A DNA stretch of 64,000 nucleotides from a virus, in IMG/VR virus record IMGVR_UViG_3300028423_000861, positions 32,001 to 96,000 of that record; one strand, written 5' to 3'. The notes beneath the pieces were generated by a model. That model searched no databases and had not been told where the DNA came from. It was given only the letters and a program-made list of their open reading frames with translations. The translations under genes were made by a program, and so were the position numbers. This document shows positions 48,821 through 57,065 of the stretch, in pieces. Numbering within the stretch: position 1 is the first letter of the stretch; each line of letters starts with the position of its first letter.

Positions 48821-49076
48821 CTAGCTTGCGCATAGTTAATATTTGCAAAGCTTCGTCTGCTTGTTCATCAGGAGTCCATTCATCACAAGCACTCATTGAA
48901 CTCCAGGGATGACAGTTGTATTTGTCCCCAGGCTCTGGTGCTTTAGGACAATCATACGTTTGAAACTTTATACAGTGACGACAGATCCGTGTCGACAAAA
49001 ACATGAGTTCATAATCGCGTTTATCATTTAGATCCATTGTATTAGTATATATGATCAATTTTGGAAGGTCAATCAT
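48765..49076 (-). CDS. Small Cys-rich hypothetical protein
   Basis: CRHCIKFQTYDCP; start uncertain. Confidence 0.5.
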   Translation of the reverse strand: MIDLPKLIIYTNTMDLNDKRDYELMFLSTRICRHCIKFQTYDCPKAPEPGDKYNCHPWSSMSACDEWTPDEQADEALQILTMRKLDGTSDTREKTERGLDFGE

Positions 49077-49102
49077 AAAAAAACCCTGCACGATTGGCAG
49101 GG
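49077..49102 (-). terminator. Intrinsic terminator closing the giant RNA unit
   Basis: CCCTGC CAATCGT GCAGGG TTTTTTT. Confidence 0.8.
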
Positions 49103-49113
49103 CATTTGTGTTG

Positions 49114-49370
49114 AAAATTAGCAGACCATATTTCGAATTGCCCTATCCGGCCAGCACAAGTTGCTATCTTGTGCCTGGGCATGGCGGGTAACAAGTGTCT
49201 TCTGACAACCTTTATTAGCTAGATAAAAGTTATGCCTGTCAGTGCTAACCATCCGGGACAATAATAAATTTTCGACGCATTGGCCCCCTCCCGCCATGTC
49301 GTCCGACACGCTCCAAATGATCCCCAGCCCTCAGGCGGTCACCAAGTGTGGCGCTGTCTTTCCTGTGTTG
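49114..49370 (-). ncRNA. 3' structured RNA domain complementary to 51278-51381
   Basis: Local hairpins (GCACAAG/CTTGTGC, CTGACA/TGTCAG) and four nested long-range complements. Confidence 0.6.
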
Positions 49371-49371
49371 G

Positions 49372-50115
49372 TTATTTTCTTCCCCGAACCCAACCATTCG
49401 GTATATCACTATCTTTCTGTATTCGTTTATTTTTAACACCATCTGTTATCCAAACAGAGCCATACGAATAATTATTTGCACCAGTCATTGCGTTCGAAAT
49501 TTTTTGCTTTGTTTCAGTAGACAATTTATTGCCTTTTCTTGATTCACTCATCTTTTGTCGGGTTGCAGTCGATTTCTTTTTACCTACCAACGCTTCTGAC
49601 AATTTCTTACGATGCTCTTGAGTAATAACCCTTGGCTTTGGCTTCACTGATTTGTTATAGTATGGAATTCCTTGGCATCTTTTTGACATATAATGTTGCT
49701 CAAATGCCGAAACACTTATCTCATTCTGACATTTTAAGCAACATATTCTGTTATGCTTTTTTCCTTTAAATCCTGATGGTCGTTGTTTAGCTTTTTTACT
49801 TATTTTATCTCGAACTTCTGTAGTAAACAAGATTCCTGTATTAATTGAATTATTGTAAAAGGTATTTCCTTCAAATATTTCTTTTTTGTGTTCAGTTAAT
49901 AACTGTCTTTCTAAATTTATTGCTTCATAAGCATTGTCAAAGACTTGAATGATCTCACGTTTCCATTTAATATCAGGATCTTTCCAGTCTTTCCAAAATT
50001 CCTCTGAGCTACTTGATGAAATATATCCATCGTCAGTAGTTCCTTTGTGATACCCTATATATCGTTTGCCTAGTGTATTAGACCATTCATACACAAAATA
50101 TTCAACACGTTTCAT
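49372..50115 (-). CDS. Homing endonuclease, GIY-YIG-like with NUMOD3 repeats
   Basis: FVYEW...RYIGYH...GYISSS...E...FYN; HRKKLSEA/TRQKMSES/TKQKISNA repeats; own ATAAATA promoter. Confidence 0.8.
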   Translation of the reverse strand: MKRVEYFVYEWSNTLGKRYIGYHKGTTDDGYISSSSSEEFWKDWKDPDIKWKREIIQVFDNAYEAINLERQLLTEHKKEIFEGNTFYNNSINTGILFTTEVRDKISKKAKQRPSGFKGKKHNRICCLKCQNEISVSAFEQHYMSKRCQGIPYYNKSVKPKPRVITQEHRKKLSEALVGKKKSTATRQKMSESRKGNKLSTETKQKISNAMTGANNYSYGSVWITDGVKNKRIQKDSDIPNGWVRGRK

Positions 50116-50159
50116 AAATAAGCCTTTTAACTGTATACTTATTTATGTTAATAAGATGG

Positions 50160-51381
50160 AAATAGTGAGATTACCTAAATTTCCGCGGTTGCCTTTGGAC
50201 CGTACCGTAAACCTTGCGAGTCTACGTTAATCCGTTATCCACTAAGCGCCTTTCAGCTGACTTAGTATCAACCAGTGCTGCCTAGTTTAAAGTGGTGGCA
50301 TTTCCACTATCGTTACACGCTACTCGTCCTTTGATCTTCCGCCTGCCTTGCGAGCAGTTCAGAGTCGCTAAACCCTTACGTCTTCTCTCCGAACAAACAC
50401 TTCCGCCTTGCGAGCTTCCATGCACGACATTCACCGTAGTGTGTCGTATTAAGCACCTTTAACGTGCAACTGAGGCAGTCTTTGCGTTTTTGCTATAATG
50501 CATCTGCAGGATTTGAACCCACACATTCAGTTCCTAAAGACTGACGCTCTACCATTGAGCTAAGTTGCTAACCTACCAAGACGTGCTGCCTCTTGTTGCT
50601 TCGCATCCTTTTGGGAAACGAAATACAACACGCCTAAATGCCTTTCTCCTTGCGGGATACTAAACGTCTTTTCAAGTATCCAGCTACCTCACTAGTCGGT
50701 AACTCTCAACTTTAAAGATAACAAGTTGCCCTCCTGCGCGAACAGTCGGACTATTTGTTTACCCGTTAACATTCTGTCTTCGCTAGATTGGAGTGCATAG
50801 CTTTGGCTCCCACCAAATTGTAACCTCGCCGGTTGGCCCTGGTTACTATCCTTTCGGGCATTTGCTCTAGCTTAGGACTTACCTCGCTCTTCACAAGGGG
50901 TGCGCTACGGCTTATAGGAATACATCCGTCTGCCACCTAGTCCGGGCTTGCGTAAATGGACCATTGCTGGCGCAAGTGCGTAGGCTTCCTTGCTTTGGCA
51001 GTGTTACCACTGTTATCCTCCTGGACGTCACGCCGCCCATGTTCTTGTCTTAGATGATGAGTGTGCAGACATGTTGGGATTTAACCAACGAGTCGATTGC
51101 CTGGACATTTGTGTAAGCAAAGGGAAAGGAAATTGACAATCAACACCATCACCTTTGTCTGCACACACGACATCTAAGACCATTTTACAATAATCGGCTT
51201 CTATGTTTTTATATACACACCACTCGCATTTTGATATTATCTCAACGTTTTGACTGCATGGATCTTCCATCGCGGCGCAGGAAATTTCCTTTCAGGCCCG
51301 ACGCAGCGGATTGTCCCGCGATTCCATGACCAGGCAGTGTGCATGTAAAAACATAGTTGCCTATGTTGGTCTGCTAAATTT
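50160..51381 (-). ncRNA. Giant structured ncRNA with GOLLD-like core (5' limit of core uncertain)
   Basis: About 1.2 kb with no credible ORF; repeated GCAAG-capped hairpins; embedded tRNA-like domain. GCGUGUUGUAUUUC, AAAGGUGCUUAA and terminal GUAAUCUC resemble GOLLD as recalled, not searched. Confidence 0.65.
50499..50569 (-). tRNA. tRNA-like domain with 8-nt anticodon loop (CUUUAGGA), no CCA
   Basis: GCTC AATGGTA GAGC, TCAGT/ACTGA stem, GTGGG TTCAAAT CCTGC; mismatched acceptor stem. Confidence 0.65.
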
Positions 51382-51409
51382 TTAAAGAGCGTGTTGAGCT
51401 TTGCTCAAC
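51379..51409 (-). promoter_or_regulatory. Hairpin followed by a boxA-like antitermination element
   Basis: GTTGAGC AAA GCTCAAC then CGCTCTTTAAAAA (rrn boxA consensus TGCTCTTTAACA). Confidence 0.65.
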
Positions 51410-51419
51410 TTGTTTTACC

Positions 51420-51448
51420 AATATAGTGGTTTTATTTATGTTCGTCAA
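51420..51448 (-). promoter_or_regulatory. Sigma70-type promoter for the giant RNA
   Basis: TTGACG-17 bp-TATATT. Confidence 0.75.
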
Positions 51449-51466
51449 CCACTTTTTTCAACTTTT

Positions 51467-51790
51467 TTAGTTAAGCTTGCGATTTTTGCTTTCGCCAGTC
51501 AGCTTTTCGAAAAAGAGCCCGACAAGCTCTTCATCACTCATTTCTTCAACAACATCTTCATCAAGATGGCTGAGGTCTTCAAGCATTTCGTTCAACGCTT
51601 GGAGTTCACGATCAGACATGTCATCCGGATCCAGCTTGTAAGGTTCAGCCTTTTCAAGGAGCGAACCATCATTGGCCATTTGTTCAAGCTCTGCAATGAA
51701 CTCGTCAAGTTCTTCCTGGGTGCCATCAAATTCATCAAGAGCACCCGGTGCAAACGTAATCTTTATTTTATCTTCTTTGTCATCTGTCAT
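51467..51790 (-). CDS. Hypothetical acidic protein
   Basis: ITFAPGALDEFDGTQEELDE. Confidence 0.7.
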   Translation of the reverse strand: MTDDKEDKIKITFAPGALDEFDGTQEELDEFIAELEQMANDGSLLEKAEPYKLDPDDMSDRELQALNEMLEDLSHLDEDVVEEMSDEELVGLFFEKLTGESKNRKLN

Positions 51791-51828
51791 TGTTTAATCA
51801 ATCTATACAAAAATCTCTAAAGAGTCAA

Positions 51829-52287
51829 TTATTGTGTTTTATCCAAGACGTTTTGATTATTTTGGATATTCCATGCAGGTTGGATATAATTGATGAGGAA
51901 ATTTTCTTCAACATCAATTAAACTCATCGTCTGAGACACGGCCCCAGAAAACAAATCAATATGTCTGACCTCACTGTTACAACCATAAATCATCACTCGA
52001 TCGTTTTCAAGGGTTTCGCGCAATTTATAGGCTTTGGTAATACCTGTAACGCTGTTGCCGCGCCACCCACCACGATGTTGTTTAAACCTCTGCTCAAGTC
52101 CTTTTCCGGCCTTGCCCACATAAATTACTTCATCATGGGCTACCCAAAGATAAACCTGTGGAATCTTTTGTTTGAATTTGTCTTCTTGGATAACAAAATC
52201 AACAAGATCTCGATCATTGATAAAGATTTCACCAGCATATTCAAAATATAATTTTTTTATTATTTCAGAAGCAGATTTTTGATTCAT
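51829..52287 (-). CDS. GIY-YIG nuclease domain protein
   Basis: VYLW...IYVGKA...RFKQH...EE..LI...PAWN. Confidence 0.8.
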   Translation of the reverse strand: MNQKSASEIIKKLYFEYAGEIFINDRDLVDFVIQEDKFKQKIPQVYLWVAHDEVIYVGKAGKGLEQRFKQHRGGWRGNSVTGITKAYKLRETLENDRVMIYGCNSEVRHIDLFSGAVSQTMSLIDVEENFLINYIQPAWNIQNNQNVLDKTQ

Positions 52288-52553
52288 TTGTTTTTCAGTT
52301 TAACAACAGGAAAACTCCAACCCCGGCTGGGATTTTCGTTCATGCCAACAGCATAACCATTAGCCAATTCAACCCAGTAGTGAACATTCTTTTGCGGTCC
52401 AGGCCATGCCCGGGCATCGCCGCCAAAGAAGTTATACTGATTAATTACTTCAACATCAGCATATTTAAACGCCCGGCAATTACTATGCTCGGTGGAAAAT
52501 TCATGCGGCATGATATCAGCAAGAGTGGACATTTCAGGTTCCATTTTAGTCAT
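52284..52553 (-). CDS. Hypothetical protein
   Basis: WPGPQKNVHYWVEL..GYAVGMNENPSRGWSFPV. Confidence 0.65.
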   Translation of the reverse strand: MTKMEPEMSTLADIMPHEFSTEHSNCRAFKYADVEVINQYNFFGGDARAWPGPQKNVHYWVELANGYAVGMNENPSRGWSFPVVKLKNK

Positions 52554-52833
52554 AGTAGCGTTCTTCAAGGACTTCGCTCGTCTTCATATCAACAACAAGT
52601 CGAACACATGAAAAATCATAATCTTTAAAACGGAAAATAGCGCCGCCACCGATGCCCCAAAGATCACCACCAATGCCATACGGCGTGCTGGTTTTAAAAC
52701 TGTTTTCAATGTCTGAGGAGATATCACGCTGCATCACTTCGCACTCGTATGGGCTAGTCAAGGGGCCGACACGAGTTACTTCTTCTCCATTGAGTGAAAT
52801 GGCAACGAAAAAGGCAACTGTGGTCTTGAGCAT
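52546..52833 (-). CDS. Hypothetical early protein
   Basis: First gene after a repeated promoter. Confidence 0.6.
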   Translation of the reverse strand: MLKTTVAFFVAISLNGEEVTRVGPLTSPYECEVMQRDISSDIENSFKTSTPYGIGGDLWGIGGGAIFRFKDYDFSCVRLVVDMKTSEVLEERYYD

Positions 52834-52839
52834 TAGTAT

Positions 52840-52888
52840 CTCCTTTGCTTACATTATCAATATAAGCAATATGCCTTGGTTTGTCAAG
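52840..52888 (-). promoter_or_regulatory. Repeated early promoter plus RBS
   Basis: TTGACA AACCAAGGCATATTGCT TATATT GATAATGTAAGCAAAGGAG. Confidence 0.85.
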
Positions 52889-52894
52889 TGATTT

Positions 52895-53122
52895 CTAGGA
52901 TTGTTGTATTTTTCCTGTAATTTTTTTGGTTTCTGGTTCTGTCGTGTTTTTCCTGTGGATTTTTCTAGCATCCTTTAGCTGACCTATTGCAAAATCCAAG
53001 AGGTAACCACTTTGGTCAAGTCCTCTAGTAAAGTCTTCCTCATACAGCCGCAAATTAACTCTTGCAGCATTAATCAGATCAATAACATCGTCATCATTCT
53101 TAGGAATACTAAATTTGCCCAT
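52895..53122 (-). CDS. Hypothetical protein
   Basis: 75 aa ORF ending in TAG. Confidence 0.55.
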   Translation of the reverse strand: MGKFSIPKNDDDVIDLINAARVNLRLYEEDFTRGLDQSGYLLDFAIGQLKDARKIHRKNTTEPETKKITGKIQQS

Positions 53123-53124
53123 GA

Positions 53125-53664
53125 TTATACCTCAATTTCTGGAAATCTGCTGCGAACTTCTTCAAATTCAATCGGGCCGCAGTCTGTATGCTCGATTGAA
53201 ACGTTTTCGTATCTAGTATCACGCTCATCATTAGGCAGTCTGACCAAATTACTGTGTGTATGGCCGTGAATAATGCCGCGACACCAGACCGGAATACTTT
53301 CGGGATGCAATGGATAATGTGAGAGAATAACGTCGGCTAGCTTGTGTGTCCCGCGAATATCATCAAAATATTCAGCATAGTCTTTCATTTTAAAAATGTC
53401 GTGATTGCCCCTAATCAAGACCTTTCTTCCGTGCAATCCTTCCATGCATTTGAGGCCGCGGCGGGGGATCGCAACATCGCCAAGATGATACACCTTGTCT
53501 CCAGGCCTTACACGGGCATTCCAGGTCTCTTGCATGATCTCGTCGCCTTCTCGGGCTGATTGAGCCCAGGGGCGGATTGGTTCTCCAGTTCGAGAATCTA
53601 CAAATTTAGTATAGCAGCTTTCATGACCAAAATGCGTGTCACTTATTAACCAGGTCTTTGTCAT
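53125..53664 (-). CDS. Calcineurin-like metallophosphoesterase
   Basis: SDTHFGH, HLGD, GNHD, SHYP, HGHTH. Confidence 0.92.
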   Translation of the reverse strand: MTKTWLISDTHFGHESCYTKFVDSRTGEPIRPWAQSAREGDEIMQETWNARVRPGDKVYHLGDVAIPRRGLKCMEGLHGRKVLIRGNHDIFKMKDYAEYFDDIRGTHKLADVILSHYPLHPESIPVWCRGIIHGHTHSNLVRLPNDERDTRYENVSIEHTDCGPIEFEEVRSRFPEIEV

Positions 53665-54157
53665 AATAATCGATCTTTATCCCAAATTTTTCAAAATTTT
53701 CATGAACATGCTTGTTATGAATCCACTTGTGATCTGGTGCCCCGTATATAGTTCTTCGGTCTGAACCGCGTATCTTGAGAATTTCTCTAAACCTGTGCGA
53801 GTATCTTTCTTTGAATTGCAAGCGGGGATTATTTTTATAATGATGGCGTTCTTTATATGGAATATTCGAATCGACAGGCAACCATATTTTGTTATGGACA
53901 TTGCATTCAGAACATATGAATTCTGATTCTTCACATTCATAATGATAGTCACCCTCGGTGCAGCCACGAGGAGGTTCATATAGAAGTTCTTGAATGTAGA
54001 CTAGATCACAAATCTGAAGAATTTCACCACAGTGAGCACACGGAATTGTTTGTTGGCCCATCGTCTTGTTTTTTTCTTCTATTAGAAAATCTAAAACAAG
54101 ACGATGCTCTTGTATTTTTGATTCAAGCTGATCTAGTTGCTCTTCAATTGTCAACAT
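53639..54157 (-). CDS. Hypothetical zinc-ribbon protein
   Basis: CAHC...GCTEGDY...CSEC. Confidence 0.55.
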   Translation of the reverse strand: MLTIEEQLDQLESKIQEHRLVLDFLIEEKNKTMGQQTIPCAHCGEILQICDLVYIQELLYEPPRGCTEGDYHYECEESEFICSECNVHNKIWLPVDSNIPYKERHHYKNNPRLQFKERYSHRFREILKIRGSDRRTIYGAPDHKWIHNKHVHENFEKFGIKIDYYDKDLVNK

Positions 54158-54518
54158 CGACTTCTGTTAATCCATGCTCTCTATCAAGATACTTGTATTC
54201 AATTTTTACTGGATCAAATTGTTCAAGTTGTTTGAATACCACTTGGGGATCGAAAGGACCACAAGTATATACATCAAGTTGCATTAGACCAGGCTGTGCT
54301 TCGTCCCAGACATGAAGGGCGATATGACTGGTCTCGATAATTACGACTCCTGTGACACCACGATTTCCTGGCACTTCAACGTAATCAGCAAATGGACCTT
54401 TTAACGCTTTCATGCCAATTTGATCAACAAGATTACTGAGCCAATCCTCAACAAAAACAGTGTCTGCAGGAGGCGAATTAACTTCAGCACGAACAATCAA
54501 GTGTTTGTGAACAATCAT
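54144..54518 (-). CDS. speD: S-adenosylmethionine decarboxylase proenzyme (SpeH/SpeD short type)
   Basis: KHLIV...GVTGVVIIETSHIALHVW...QLDVYTCG. Confidence 0.85.
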   Translation of the reverse strand: MIVHKHLIVRAEVNSPPADTVFVEDWLSNLVDQIGMKALKGPFADYVEVPGNRGVTGVVIIETSHIALHVWDEAQPGLMQLDVYTCGPFDPQVVFKQLEQFDPVKIEYKYLDREHGLTEVDVDN

Positions 54519-54529
54519 ATTTTTTCCTT

Positions 54530-55078
54530 TTATTTTTTGTTGTCGTGAATTTTACGAGCAGTGTTATGACTAATACGCTGGAAAACTCTTCCAAGGCTTT
54601 TGTAGGCATTATTCCAGACCCAGATGGCCGGCTTGCGTGAAACTTCCCAAGTTAAGCTAAATGGCCAGAGGCCAACCCATGTGCCTAGACGCTCTTTGTG
54701 ATCTGATGCATTGAAATCATATGCTGAACTTTCAAGAAAGGCATCAAAACTATTATCTTGATTTGAGCCGCGTTGCATTGACCATTGTTGATACGCAGAC
54801 ATAATTTTTTCCTGATTCTTGCGAATAAACTCTGGCCAGCGCCAGATCCCAGTATATGCGGCGCCAATGCCTACGTAAAAAACCAACATTCCCACCGCCC
54901 ATAATGGATTCGCTGCAATAACTGAAAAAACAGAAATTTTCAAAACAAATTCTAACAGTGCGAACCCACCAATAAATGTGAATGCAGATGCAAAAGCACT
55001 ATCGACTTCAGCTGAAATGAATCCTGCAATTAGAAACAAGATCACAGCAATAATTTCGATAAATCCAAATCCTAGCAT
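54530..55078 (-). CDS. Hypothetical membrane protein
   Basis: 3-4 TM helices. Confidence 0.65.
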   Translation of the reverse strand: MLGFGFIEIIAVILFLIAGFISAEVDSAFASAFTFIGGFALLEFVLKISVFSVIAANPLWAVGMLVFYVGIGAAYTGIWRWPEFIRKNQEKIMSAYQQWSMQRGSNQDNSFDAFLESSAYDFNASDHKERLGTWVGLWPFSLTWEVSRKPAIWVWNNAYKSLGRVFQRISHNTARKIHDNKK

Positions 55079-55090
55079 TGTTTTAACTCC

Positions 55091-56218
55091 TTAAAATGCA
55101 TCAGGGTGGTATCTCCACCTATCAATAGGATCGTTCCGAGTGACATGCAGTTCAGCTTCCTCGCCATTTCGCTCGATACGATAAACAAAGCAATTGTTCG
55201 TTTGATCAAATTGCTTGATATGAGTAGGATTGAACACAAGGCATTCATCTCCAAACTCATTAGATCCCGCAACTTGTTCAATGGCATTCTTAACCGAATC
55301 TTCTTTGGCAAGATCTTTGGGCATGTCATCATCTGCCCAAATAAGATATTCAAAGTTATTGGGTTGGAAACGATCATAGGTACGATCGACAACAAGTTTC
55401 TTACCACCAGCAACGATTTCAACTTTGTAAGTATCAGTGCTGCGATTTTCTGGCTTGATGTTAAGAACTTCAAGAACTTCGGCAAGGCTTTCCCCATAAC
55501 GATTCATTTCTTCAACTGCGGCATTAAGCATGTCAAAATTAAAGAAACTGAATACCTTGGTATACTTGAGAATATCTTCGATCTGGCTCTGATCCTCAAG
55601 ACGATCTTCAAGAAATTCACGAATAAAATCTTGACCAAGCGTATCAAAGGAGAAGTTGTAATAGATACGGCCCGGACGATTTTGCATGAATTCTGAAACA
55701 TCACGCTCGGTATTCGTAGTCACGAGGAAAAGCTTGCGGCTAGGGAATACTCCATCAAAAAGAGTAAGAATTTTGCGTTGCGTCCCCCAATCATAAATCT
55801 TTTCAAACTCGTCAAACATCACGATTGCAGGCATGTTAATGCTCTGAATAAATGCATTAAACTCATCACCGTGCCAATCTCGATTGATTACGATGGTAGG
55901 GATCTTCATATCACGTCCGCGCACTGCAACTTGCTTCGCAAGAAGAGTTTTCCCTGCGCCCTTGATGCCGCTAAGAAGAACACCCGTGCTGCCAGAACGA
56001 TCCTCAAAGGTTTTTAGGATACGGTCGGCGTAATTATTATTCTTTCCATAGATTTTATCCGGAAGATCGAAATTTTCAATCTGTTCAAGGAAAAACTCGC
56101 CTGCACGTTCATCAAACTTTACCGTGTAAGTTTCAGGAGGCAGATGATCATACGGCTTGATTTCTCCATCGTCACGAATTCGAATCGTGTTACCGCTCTT
56201 AAGGAAAACTTTTTTCAT
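55091..56218 (-). CDS. AAA+ ATPase
   Basis: GVLLSGIKGAGKT, MFDEFEK, LFDG, TTN, RPGRI. Confidence 0.9.
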   Translation of the reverse strand: MKKVFLKSGNTIRIRDDGEIKPYDHLPPETYTVKFDERAGEFFLEQIENFDLPDKIYGKNNNYADRILKTFEDRSGSTGVLLSGIKGAGKTLLAKQVAVRGRDMKIPTIVINRDWHGDEFNAFIQSINMPAIVMFDEFEKIYDWGTQRKILTLFDGVFPSRKLFLVTTNTERDVSEFMQNRPGRIYYNFSFDTLGQDFIREFLEDRLEDQSQIEDILKYTKVFSFFNFDMLNAAVEEMNRYGESLAEVLEVLNIKPENRSTDTYKVEIVAGGKKLVVDRTYDRFQPNNFEYLIWADDDMPKDLAKEDSVKNAIEQVAGSNEFGDECLVFNPTHIKQFDQTNNCFVYRIERNGEEAELHVTRNDPIDRWRYHPDAF

Positions 56219-56595
56219 TATTCATTCTCGCTTTGGTTTTTAAAGTTACAAGTCCATGACTCTTTTTCAAAATACTTTGATACTTCTTGTTTGCATACAA
56301 TAGCAGGCGGTTGTTCTGAAGTCAATAACAGATAAAGATATTCTGACTCCAAGTCTTCCAGTGATCGTTGATGTTCGCCACATAGTGCCACAGCACCTTG
56401 TATTACAGTCCCGTCTTCTTTTTCGAGACCAAGAACAACTTTGCACTCATCATTAAATTTTTCAGTCTGAACATCCATTATTGCATAAAACCCGAACTGG
56501 ACAAGAATGACAACGACTGATGATACAGTAATAATTACTTGAGTAGGCATGGGAACCATTAGGTAATGATACCATCGTTCTTCTGGTTGTATCAT
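56218..56595 (-). CDS. Hypothetical membrane-anchored protein
   Basis: N-terminal TM helix. Confidence 0.55.
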   Translation of the reverse strand: MIQPEERWYHYLMVPMPTQVIITVSSVVVILVQFGFYAIMDVQTEKFNDECKVVLGLEKEDGTVIQGAVALCGEHQRSLEDLESEYLYLLLTSEQPPAIVCKQEVSKYFEKESWTCNFKNQSENE

Positions 56596-57065
56596 TTTTC
56601 ATCTACCTCTAGGACAGGACAAACACGGGTTTTAATTGACACGGCATATTCTTTAATTAATTTCCAAAATCCATGTGAATTTTCTTGATTCTCGTCTCCT
56701 GTGATATTGGATTTGTTTTTGTTCGAATAACGATATTTTTCATACAATTCAACCATAATAATGAAGACAGCTACAAAAAACATGAGTAATAATATACCAC
56801 CAAATGTCCACATGATACCTATTGAACCATTCAAGCTCGCTGGCACTACTATAAGTGCAAGGTATAATCCTCCAAATGGAATAATATTGCTGATAATCGC
56901 CAATGGCCCCCAGACCAAAATAGTCCTCATATAAGGACATAGACCTATGCGTTTATTCTCGGGCTGTCCTGCATTGATATAATTATAGTCTCTTAACCAA
57001 ACTGCGAACCATTGTGACATAAAAACATAGAGTTTATAATGCCAACTGTTAGAACTAATCTGCAT
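56592..57065 (-). CDS. Hypothetical membrane protein
   Basis: SNSWHYKL...LCPYMR...KTRVCP; TM helices. Confidence 0.65.
   Translation of the reverse strand: MQISSNSWHYKLYVFMSQWFAVWLRDYNYINAGQPENKRIGLCPYMRTILVWGPLAIISNIIPFGGLYLALIVVPASLNGSIGIMWTFGGILLLMFFVAVFIIMVELYEKYRYSNKNKSNITGDENQENSHGFWKLIKEYAVSIKTRVCPVLEVDEK

Noticed and set aside
51028-51270. 80-aa Cys-rich ORF
   Set aside because: Lies within long nested inverted repeats of the giant RNA and has no clear RBS; better explained as RNA structure, though not excluded.
49114-51381. Classical group I intron or rRNA gene
   Set aside because: No interrupted exon pair, no identifiable group I core, and no universal rRNA motifs recognised by eye; a covariance search is still needed.
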